Source: a virus
Taxonomy: Duplodnaviria; Caudoviricetes
Virus record (IMG/VR): IMGVR_UViG_3300033562_001124
Location: 1-49,614 of that record
DNA: 49,614 bases
Strand: one strand, 5' to 3'
Shown: positions 1 to 7,682 of the stretch, in pieces
Layout: each line of letters starts with the position of its first letter
Position numbering within the stretch: position 1 is the first letter of the stretch
Position numbers and translations under genes: made by a program
Notes under the pieces: generated by a model
The model's database searches: none
What the model was told of the DNA's origin: nothing
The model's input: only the letters and a program-made list of their open reading frames with translations

Positions 1-1017
1 ATGAATTTTACAAAATGTGAGATTTTGTGGACATATAAATGTTCTTTGCATTGCAAGGGATGTGCAATGAACTCCGGTGAAGGGAACTCAAGAACACTTG
101 ACGAATGGAAAGAAGGCATTGATAAATTCATTCGTCATGGTGTGAAGTTCATGGCTATTTACGGTGCTGAACCTCTTGAAGATTTCAACAATTTGCCGGA
201 AGTTATAAATCATTGCGAAACAAACGATTTAAGCGTGACTTTGATCACATCGTATCATGACTATCAAGACAAATTAAAAACGCTGTATGAATCAAATTTG
301 AAGTCGTTAACCACGTCTTGTTACATAGATAAGTCGTTTGATGTTTCGACTGAATTTAAAAACAATCAAGCGTTTAAAATGTTGAAGTACTTCCAAAGTC
401 TTGATGTCAATTGCAACAACATTCGAAACACGGCTTTGATTGTCACTGTCACGAGGGAAAACATTCTTCAGTTGACCCAATTCGTTAAAGATATGACGTA
501 TAAAGGTATCTGGGTGTTTCTTGATTTCTTGCATTTTAAACGTCATTCTTTCGGAACTAAATGTACTGGTAAATATAATCCAGATTTGCATCTGATCACA
601 CCATTTGCAGCATGTTATGAATATCATCCAAACTGGGAACGTGTGGTTGAAATCATGTATGAACTTGCCGACATGGCTGATTTAGGATTTCTTGTCAATA
701 TGTCAGCACCTGTGGCCGATATGATTGATTTGCAAAAGGTTGTTGCTGATTGGAAATGTGAGAGATCAAAATGTTTTCCAAGTTGGTTAACTGTTGATCC
801 CTTTGGAAAGATTCATCCATGTGACGATTTCAGAATGGGTGGAGAATACGACATTCTCACATTTCCAGAACCCGGTGAATCACTTGAAAAACTGGTTGAA
901 TCTTGGAAGACAAAGATTCATAAACTGTGTCGTGGGTGTTTGTGGACAACCCACATTCAATCTCATTTCATTAAAGAAAAAATTCTTGGGATTGAATCAT
1001 TCACTAAGGGAGAATGA
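1..1017 (+). CDS. Radical SAM protein with C-terminal SPASM/twitch-like Cys cluster
   Basis: CxxxCxxC (CSLHCKGC), GAEP motif, C-terminal C..C..G.IHPC...CRGC. ATG is at base 1, so the start cannot be verified. Confidence 0.85.
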   Translation: MNFTKCEILWTYKCSLHCKGCAMNSGEGNSRTLDEWKEGIDKFIRHGVKFMAIYGAEPLEDFNNLPEVINHCETNDLSVTLITSYHDYQDKLKTLYESNLKSLTTSCYIDKSFDVSTEFKNNQAFKMLKYFQSLDVNCNNIRNTALIVTVTRENILQLTQFVKDMTYKGIWVFLDFLHFKRHSFGTKCTGKYNPDLHLITPFAACYEYHPNWERVVEIMYELADMADLGFLVNMSAPVADMIDLQKVVADWKCERSKCFPSWLTVDPFGKIHPCDDFRMGGEYDILTFPEPGESLEKLVESWKTKIHKLCRGCLWTTHIQSHFIKEKILGIESFTKGE

Positions 1018-1841
1018 CTATGGCAGAATTCATGAAAGAAAAATGTGTACTTCTTTATTCTGGTGGAATGGACAGTATGCTTTCTTTTGAGATCTTGAGA
1101 AAGAATTATAAGAAAGTGATACCACTGTATATAAACTATGGCGGCACTTACTGCGACAAAGAAGAAAGTTTCCTTCGATATTATCTTGAAGATAACCGAA
1201 TAAAATACTCTAATATTCAATTGAATATTGCAGAAGTTGGAATAAACGCATACATCCCCAACAGAAACATATTTCTATTGACCAGGGCTTCTGAGTATGC
1301 AGACACTATTTATTTCGGGGCTTTGAAAGATGATAACGTCGGGGATAAAACGGTACAATTTGCCGAAGCAATGTCAAAGACTTTAACACTTTCTCTTGGA
1401 AGAAAAATCAAAGTGGATTCTCTATTTTGGAGAGAAGAAAAAGCTACAGCAATAAATACTTACGGTATACAGAGAATGAATGATGGTTCTTCATTCTTAG
1501 AGGTTGTGGAATCTCTAGTATACCGCAATGTATCTTGTTACGATGTGGAGAAAGTGTACTGTGGAAAATGTCCATCTTGTTTCAGAAAGTATTGCGCCCT
1601 TCTTATTAACGGAATAGAGCTTCCATTTTATAATGAAGATCTGAAAAAATCCTACCTTCAGAATATCGGAAAGTATTGGGGTTTTAGGAAAATGTCGATA
1701 CTTGCCACCGATAATAAAGTTCCTATACCAGTAGTATTTTCACCGTTGAACACTTTTAACACATTTGAAGTGATCAATCCAAAGAATTATGAAACATACA
1801 AAGTGGATTACAAAGAAAGGTGGTCTTATGAAAGACTATAA
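1014..1841 (+). CDS. queC: QueC-like PP-loop ATPase (7-cyano-7-deazaguanine synthase family)
   Basis: LYSGGMDS PP-loop, IPNRN, SCY...CGKCPSC zinc site; ATGA overlap with the upstream gene. Confidence 0.8.
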   Translation: MTMAEFMKEKCVLLYSGGMDSMLSFEILRKNYKKVIPLYINYGGTYCDKEESFLRYYLEDNRIKYSNIQLNIAEVGINAYIPNRNIFLLTRASEYADTIYFGALKDDNVGDKTVQFAEAMSKTLTLSLGRKIKVDSLFWREEKATAINTYGIQRMNDGSSFLEVVESLVYRNVSCYDVEKVYCGKCPSCFRKYCALLINGIELPFYNEDLKKSYLQNIGKYWGFRKMSILATDNKVPIPVVFSPLNTFNTFEVINPKNYETYKVDYKERWSYERL

Positions 1842-2148
1842 AACCCTTTGTTTTGACATTGATGGTGTTCTCACAAATGAAACCGAAGGTCACGATTATG
1901 AAAACCGTACACCGAATGAATTTAACAACACAATGGTGAGAGCTTTGTATTCACATCGGTCTGAATACAAAATCGTGTTGTTTACTTCTCGGTATGAAAT
2001 TGATCGGGATGTTACTATTTCTTGGCTAAAGAAACATAATATTCAGTATGATGAAATCTATTTTGAAAAACCACAATATGATTTCTTCATTGATGATAAA
2101 GCCATTAATGAAAAAGATTTATGGAACTATTTTACGGAGAAATTCTGA
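1828..2148 (+). CDS. Small HAD-superfamily phosphatase-like protein
   Basis: FDIDG motif I, FTSR motif II, KP...IDDK; start moved to ATG 1828 after GAAAGGTGG. Confidence 0.8.
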   Translation: MKDYKTLCFDIDGVLTNETEGHDYENRTPNEFNNTMVRALYSHRSEYKIVLFTSRYEIDRDVTISWLKKHNIQYDEIYFEKPQYDFFIDDKAINEKDLWNYFTEKF

Positions 2149-3008
2149 TGAAACTTTTTCTGGACAGTGGAGCTTTTAGTGCTGACTCAAAAGGGGAGCC
2201 AATAGATATCTATGATTATATTGAATTCATTAAAAAGAATAAAAAACATCTTGAAGTATGGGCGAATTTGGATGTTATTGGGGATGCTAAAGCTACATGG
2301 AAAAACCAAGAAATTATGGAAAGAGAAGGTGTTGGGGGAATACCGGTTTTCCATATTGAGGATGATATTAAATATCTTCATAGGTGTTTGTCTTATCCTT
2401 ATTTTGCACTCGGAGGAATGGCCGGAAAAGGATCTTCGGAAAAAAGACGACTCCATTTCTTAGATATGTGCTTTGATATCATCTGTGATTCAGAAGGTAA
2501 GCCCAATAATAAAGTTCATGGATTCGGTTTAGCAAGTCCGAAGTATGTTTTCAGGTACCCATGGTTCAGTTTTGATTCAAGTTCCTGGGTGTCTTACGGA
2601 AGATTTGGCATAGTGATTGTTCCGGCTATGCGTAACGGTAGATTTCTGTACAGTAGAGCACCGATCAAAATCTTTGTAAGTTCTGTTTCCCCAAGAAAAG
2701 GATTTGACGGTCAACATTTTGAAACTCTTTCTAAGAAGGAAAGACACTCCTTCATTGAGTATCTTGAATCAAAAAACGTAAAATATGGAAAGTCAACATT
2801 TTTTACGTATAATATGAATCATACGTTGACAAGTAATCAAAGATTTGCTAACAAACATAAAACTTTAATAGAAGAAGTAATTGAGATCGGTGTAACAAAT
2901 GATAATATTACACGGGACTTTGTTAATTATTGCTTTTACGCTGACATGGCACTTGCTGCTTCTAAAACGGAAATACTGTTTAAACGAAGAAACCAACTTT
3001 TATTTTGA
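2148..3008 (+). CDS. DpdA/TGT-like base-exchange enzyme (putative 7-deazaguanine DNA transglycosylase)
   Basis: LFLDSGAFS, NLDVIGD, IPVFH, ALGG, KVHGFG, YPWFSFDSSSW motifs of the TGT-like barrel; TGATG coupling at 2146-2150; queC nearby. Confidence 0.7.
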   Translation: MKLFLDSGAFSADSKGEPIDIYDYIEFIKKNKKHLEVWANLDVIGDAKATWKNQEIMEREGVGGIPVFHIEDDIKYLHRCLSYPYFALGGMAGKGSSEKRRLHFLDMCFDIICDSEGKPNNKVHGFGLASPKYVFRYPWFSFDSSSWVSYGRFGIVIVPAMRNGRFLYSRAPIKIFVSSVSPRKGFDGQHFETLSKKERHSFIEYLESKNVKYGKSTFFTYNMNHTLTSNQRFANKHKTLIEEVIEIGVTNDNITRDFVNYCFYADMALAASKTEILFKRRNQLLF

Positions 3009-3015
3009 GGAGACT

Positions 3016-3342
3016 ATGGAATACATTATCCCGGAAGAATTACTGTGTCAATTCTGGGATAGATTTTACAAGATTCCAAAACATGTATTAGAGGAAGTTA
3101 ACGGTAGAAGATCTATAAAATTCAAGTCAATTCATATGATGGTGTTTCATTTTTACGTTAATGAAGGATTTGGTATTAGAAGGTGTATGTATTGGACAGG
3201 ATTATCTGATTACAAAATTCAGATAATCCTGTCCAATGTTTTGAATAAGAATGAAATAAGAAGATGTACAAAATGCCACAAGCAAATAAAAACAAAATTT
3301 TTCTGTAAACTTTGTTTGAAAAGGATGAATGAAGATGAGTGA
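3016..3342 (+). CDS. Hypothetical protein, possible HTH plus C-terminal zinc ribbon
   Basis: GAGGAG SD before ATG 3016; CTKC...CKLC. Confidence 0.55.
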   Translation: MEYIIPEELLCQFWDRFYKIPKHVLEEVNGRRSIKFKSIHMMVFHFYVNEGFGIRRCMYWTGLSDYKIQIILSNVLNKNEIRRCTKCHKQIKTKFFCKLCLKRMNEDE

Positions 3343-3559
3343 ACCAGGAGTTGATATTGTTTCATTGTTGGGAAAAACTATAACGGATCAATCAACTGTC
3401 ATTCGTGATTTGAAAAGAGTGATATGGATATTGGCTCATAGATCGAATAATGAAATTCAAATTACTACGGAAGAGATCAAAAAAATATCTGATTTACATT
3501 CGGCTGAATTAACTTTCAAGATCAGTGACAAAGATTTAGAAATAAAGGCAGTCATATGA
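3329..3559 (+). CDS. Hypothetical protein
   Basis: Overlaps both neighbours in operon packing. Confidence 0.6.
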   Translation: MKMSEPGVDIVSLLGKTITDQSTVIRDLKRVIWILAHRSNNEIQITTEEIKKISDLHSAELTFKISDKDLEIKAVI

Positions 3560-3729
3560 ATTTTTACTCTGCTGGAAATTTTGTTCTGATGTCAAAGCTT
3601 GAGAACGAACAGAAGTTCAAAGACATGGCTGATTCTGTTTATGGTAAAGGAACATACAACCGACTTACTTCTTTCTTTTATATAAAGGAAAGTAAGATAA
3701 TTTTAAAGGTTAAGAAAAATGACAAATGA
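3556..3729 (+). CDS. 57-aa ORF absent from the ORF track (MNFYSAGNF...YNRLTSFFY...); possible detached N-terminal segment of the DpdA-like barrel
   Basis: Translated by hand; ATGA overlap with the upstream stop; fills the gap and overlaps the next gene. Confidence 0.65.
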   Translation: MNFYSAGNFVLMSKLENEQKFKDMADSVYGKGTYNRLTSFFYIKESKIILKVKKNDK

Positions 3730-4000
3730 AGAGATTCTTTTAGGAGTCATGAGAAACAGTGGAGCTATGAATCAACTGAGCAGACTCACTGAGGAATGTG
3801 GTGAATTCATTGTTGCAAAGGAGCATTACTTAAGGTCAAGAGTTCCTGTACTTGAAGTTTATAAAGAGATTGCGGACATTTATTTCTTGGCAAGTCAATT
3901 CATTCTCGACAATCCAGAAGTATTTGAACCAATACTGAAAGATCTATTCAGAAAAGGTGAAATAAGAATCAAAACCAACAACTATGAGGGACATTTATGA
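3719..4000 (+). CDS. MazG-like NTP pyrophosphohydrolase
   Basis: EECGE...EIAD acidic motif in a small helical protein. Confidence 0.75.
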   Translation: MTNEEILLGVMRNSGAMNQLSRLTEECGEFIVAKEHYLRSRVPVLEVYKEIADIYFLASQFILDNPEVFEPILKDLFRKGEIRIKTNNYEGHL

Positions 4001-5037
4001 TTATTGACAAAGATCATTTGGAATCGGTTATCGGGAAAGTTGTATCAGCCACAGAAAATAAAGGGCTCATTGAAGAAATGAGCCATTTTGTTTTTAAGAA
4101 CAGATCTTTGATGGCCTATAACGACAAGATCATCATCTCCCATCCCTTAGATTTTGAAGGAGATGGAATAGAGGCAAGTGTCGTAGCCTCCACTTTGATA
4201 TCAGCTTTAAAGAGCGCAAAGACAACGGTGGAATTAACAACAAAGGACACCCATCTTGAAATGAAATCTAAGGGAGTCAAATCAAAAATTCCCTTTTATG
4301 AAAACGATCACATGGCTGAACTTTTAAACACTCTGAAGATCAAGAAAGCCAGAAAAAACAGATTTGAAATTCAAGAAGATCTTTTGAATGGTCTTGATGT
4401 CTGCAAGTCTGCTGCATCTGACAATCTGGACAATCAAAAAGGATTGTATTGTGTTGGAGCCTTTGGCAATTTTCTGTTTGCTTCAAGCGGATTCGAAGCC
4501 ATCAAATATAACTTAGAAAATGAAGTGCCTTATTTTTTCATCAAACGTCATTTCATTGAGCCTCTTCTTCGTTTCATTCCAACAAGTATGTACATTACAA
4601 ATAACTGGTTATTCTTTTTCAACGAAGAAGAGGGAATGTTCTGTTGTAAAGCTTCTGATGTGGAAGATGTGTTTCCGAAACTATCACACATTGAGAAATC
4701 ATTCCCGTCAAATCTTGACGGATCTTTTGAAATGAAGATCGATAGTGAAATGGGGGCACTAGTTTACTTTGCTGAAGGTACTGAAAGCATTGACAAGACA
4801 ATGAGGGTCATTGTCAATTCAGAGACAAAGAAAGTAACCATCATTGCTAAGAATGATAAAGGTGAAATCATTTTCAAAGGCAAGACAAACTCAAAGGAAG
4901 ATCATGACTTTCAAGTAAACCCTAATCTTTTCAAGAATCTTTCAGGAAAAGATGGTAAGTACATTCTGACCAGAAACTCGATATCAGTTTGTTCCGATAC
5001 CTTTATACATATGGTGGGGTTAAAGACAGGGGAATAA
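3997..5037 (+). CDS. DNA sliding clamp (Pol III beta-like)
   Basis: 346 aa, beta-clamp-like N-terminus, located before the polymerase and clamp loader. Confidence 0.6.
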   Translation: MIIDKDHLESVIGKVVSATENKGLIEEMSHFVFKNRSLMAYNDKIIISHPLDFEGDGIEASVVASTLISALKSAKTTVELTTKDTHLEMKSKGVKSKIPFYENDHMAELLNTLKIKKARKNRFEIQEDLLNGLDVCKSAASDNLDNQKGLYCVGAFGNFLFASSGFEAIKYNLENEVPYFFIKRHFIEPLLRFIPTSMYITNNWLFFFNEEEGMFCCKASDVEDVFPKLSHIEKSFPSNLDGSFEMKIDSEMGALVYFAEGTESIDKTMRVIVNSETKKVTIIAKNDKGEIIFKGKTNSKEDHDFQVNPNLFKNLSGKDGKYILTRNSISVCSDTFIHMVGLKTGE

Positions 5038-5042
5038 AACAC

Positions 5043-7559
5043 ATGCAGGATATGATGCTGTTTGATACCGGAGTGGATTATGCTTGCGAAAAATGTAAGG
5101 CATACAAATCATGTAATACCCAATTCACATATAAAGGGAAAGGTAAAAGTAAAATATTATTGGTAGTTGATTCCCCTACAGAAAATGAAGACATGAAAGG
5201 GGAATTGCTAACTGGTGAATCTGGGGATCACTTCTTTGATATACTTGCAGATATCGGATACAAGAGAAGTGATTTCTGGATTACAAGTGCGATTAAATGC
5301 CACCAAAAGAAAGTATCTGAAAGAAGCATTAAACAGTGCAGGCAGAAACTTGTAAAAGAAATAAAGGATCTTAAACCGAAAGGAGTCATTCTTCTTGGTA
5401 ACGATGCTATCAATTGTTTGATTGGTTCTGAAGTTGATCGGGCAAGTGCTTTGTCTTTATCTGGTCATACTATACCGTATTTAGATACCTTCGTTGTTCC
5501 GATGATATCTCCTAAGTTCCTCAAAAGAAATGAATTCGATCAAAATCTCACCTCTTATTACAAAAGAACATTCAAACAAGTTTGTTCCTACATCCGCAAA
5601 ACTGATCTTCCTGAAATAGAAAATCCGTATGATAATGTAATACCTTTGACAGAGTTTGGTCAAGTTGAAAAGATGTTCAAACGGATTTTCAAGAACACTG
5701 AAGATCATCATTACGCTTTTGACTATGAGTCAACAGGACTAAATCCAAGAACTGGTAAACATAAAATCACAACAATGTCTATTTGTGACGGGAAAAAGAG
5801 CTATTCATTCCCTGTTGAATATCAAGAGTACTGGGACAAAAGTGATTTAAAGCAGATAAAAAAATGGATAAGAAAGTTTCTGAACACAAAGGAGATATTC
5901 AAAATTGCTCATGGTAGTAACTTTGAATACCTTTGGAGTCGGTACAAGTTAAAAGCTGATGATGTGTTTATTCATTGGTGTACCAGAACAATGCAACATC
6001 TTGTTGATACTCGGAGTGGAACTACTGGTCTAAAGACTCAGTGTTTTCTTAGATGGGGTATTTACGGATTTGAAGATGATGCTGGAAAGTTTATAAAAGC
6101 AAAAAAAGATTCTGTGTTTAACAACATGGATAAAATGCCATTACCTAAACAATTAATGTATTGTGGCTGTGATAGTTGGCTCACGCATAAATTGTTTAGA
6201 GAGCAACAGGAAGAGCTTTCGTACAATCCATCTGGTTCTAAATTCTTTAATGAAGGAATGATGGCTCTTGCAGAAGTATCTTATAATGGTTTTGCTTCTG
6301 ATATGGAATGGTACGAGAAACAACAAAGAATCTTAAAGAAGAAAGTAGCCGGTATCAGAAACGACATCTACCAAAATAAAGATGTTATTCGGTACATGAA
6401 GAAGGTTGATCCGGAATTTACTTTCACATCTAATGATGATCTCAGAGATTTTTTTGTTGATTACTTGGAAGTAAAAATCGATAAGAAAACGGCAAGTGGT
6501 AAGATCTCTGTTGATGAAGAGGCTTTAACTAAGATAGATCATCCTGTTGCAGATAAGATCCTTGAGCTTAGAAAGCTGTTAAAGATCAAAGACACTTATA
6601 TCAAAAACTTCATTGAGGCAAGTTTTGATGGCAGAATACATCCTGATTACACTCTGCACATTGCCAGAAGTTTACGGTCTTCATCCAAGAATCCAAACTT
6701 TCAAAACATTCCAAAAAGAAATGATTACGCAAAGAAAGTAATTAGAAAGGGAATCAAACCTTCTAAAGGACGTTACTTAGCAGAGGTTGACTTTTCTGGT
6801 ATTGAAGTTTCTACTTCAGTTTTATACCACAAAGATCCAACATTCTTGAACTATCTTGTTTCAGACACTGCAGATATGCACAGGGACAATGCTGCTGATA
6901 TCTGGAAGACTGATGGTGATGATATCTCTGATAAAGTTCGGTTCTATGCTAAGAACTGTTGGACATTCCCCCAGTTCTATGGTGACTATTATGCTTCGTG
7001 TGCCATTGCTTTGTGGGAAAACAGAAAAGAGAAATTGAACAGCGGTCTGACTTGTGAAGAACATTTAAGAAAGAAGGGAATAAAATCATTCAAAGCTTTT
7101 GTTGACCATTTAGAAGGTTGCGAAAGAATACTTTGGCATGAAAGATTTCCTGTTTACACTAAATGGAAGAAAGACATAAACAAAAGATACCAGGAAGATG
7201 GAATAATAGAAACTTACTTTGGTTTTAGATTCTCTGGGTATCTTGATAAAAAGCAGACTGCAAACTATCCGATTCAAGGAACTGCATTTCATATAATGCT
7301 GTGGTGTCTTATTCGTCTTTTGAAAATTTCAAAGAAGGAGGGATGGAAATCAAAGATAATTGGTCAGATTCATGACTCTATGATTTGGGACATTGAACCA
7401 AGTGAACGAGAACATGTTCTCAAAACAATCAAACGTGTTTGTGAAGGAGTTGTTGTGAAGAAGTTTGATTGGATCACTACTCAGTTCCGTGTTGATATGG
7501 AGATTTCTGAGATAGACGGTAACTTCGGAGAACTTGAAAAAATTAAACTTGCTGCTTAG
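5043..7559 (+). CDS. polA: Family A DNA polymerase with N-terminal UDG family 4-like domain and 3'-5' exonuclease
   Basis: Exo DYE and YCGCD; RSSSKNPNFQNIP; motif A DFSGIE; motif B R..AK....F...YG; NYPIQG; motif C QIHDS; N-terminal CxxC and P..NED..GE...GESG. Confidence 0.93.
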   Translation: MQDMMLFDTGVDYACEKCKAYKSCNTQFTYKGKGKSKILLVVDSPTENEDMKGELLTGESGDHFFDILADIGYKRSDFWITSAIKCHQKKVSERSIKQCRQKLVKEIKDLKPKGVILLGNDAINCLIGSEVDRASALSLSGHTIPYLDTFVVPMISPKFLKRNEFDQNLTSYYKRTFKQVCSYIRKTDLPEIENPYDNVIPLTEFGQVEKMFKRIFKNTEDHHYAFDYESTGLNPRTGKHKITTMSICDGKKSYSFPVEYQEYWDKSDLKQIKKWIRKFLNTKEIFKIAHGSNFEYLWSRYKLKADDVFIHWCTRTMQHLVDTRSGTTGLKTQCFLRWGIYGFEDDAGKFIKAKKDSVFNNMDKMPLPKQLMYCGCDSWLTHKLFREQQEELSYNPSGSKFFNEGMMALAEVSYNGFASDMEWYEKQQRILKKKVAGIRNDIYQNKDVIRYMKKVDPEFTFTSNDDLRDFFVDYLEVKIDKKTASGKISVDEEALTKIDHPVADKILELRKLLKIKDTYIKNFIEASFDGRIHPDYTLHIARSLRSSSKNPNFQNIPKRNDYAKKVIRKGIKPSKGRYLAEVDFSGIEVSTSVLYHKDPTFLNYLVSDTADMHRDNAADIWKTDGDDISDKVRFYAKNCWTFPQFYGDYYASCAIALWENRKEKLNSGLTCEEHLRKKGIKSFKAFVDHLEGCERILWHERFPVYTKWKKDINKRYQEDGIIETYFGFRFSGYLDKKQTANYPIQGTAFHIMLWCLIRLLKISKKEGWKSKIIGQIHDSMIWDIEPSEREHVLKTIKRVCEGVVVKKFDWITTQFRVDMEISEIDGNFGELEKIKLAA

Positions 7560-7624
7560 AAATGAATCATACAGAAACGTTTTAAGCTATCAAAACGCTT
7601 GATTGTTAAGACTATACAAATTTA

Positions 7625-7653
7625 TTGACATAGACATCAAAACAATATATTAT
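7625..7653 (+). promoter_or_regulatory. Sigma70-type promoter for the clamp loader gene
   Basis: TTGACA-N17-TATTAT in the intergenic gap, about 30 nt before ATG 7683. Confidence 0.75.
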
Positions 7654-7682
7654 CTTTTATAAACTTTAAATTAGAGGGCAAT

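Noticed and set aside
1-1017. Calling the radical SAM gene queE
   Set aside because: Longer than typical QueE, carries a SPASM-like Cys region and lacks QueE-specific motifs I recognise
2899-3015. Extended starts given by the ORF track (2899; also 1789, 2121, 4989, 16390, 18209, 19400)
   Set aside because: They overlap upstream genes; downstream ATGs have better SD or translational coupling
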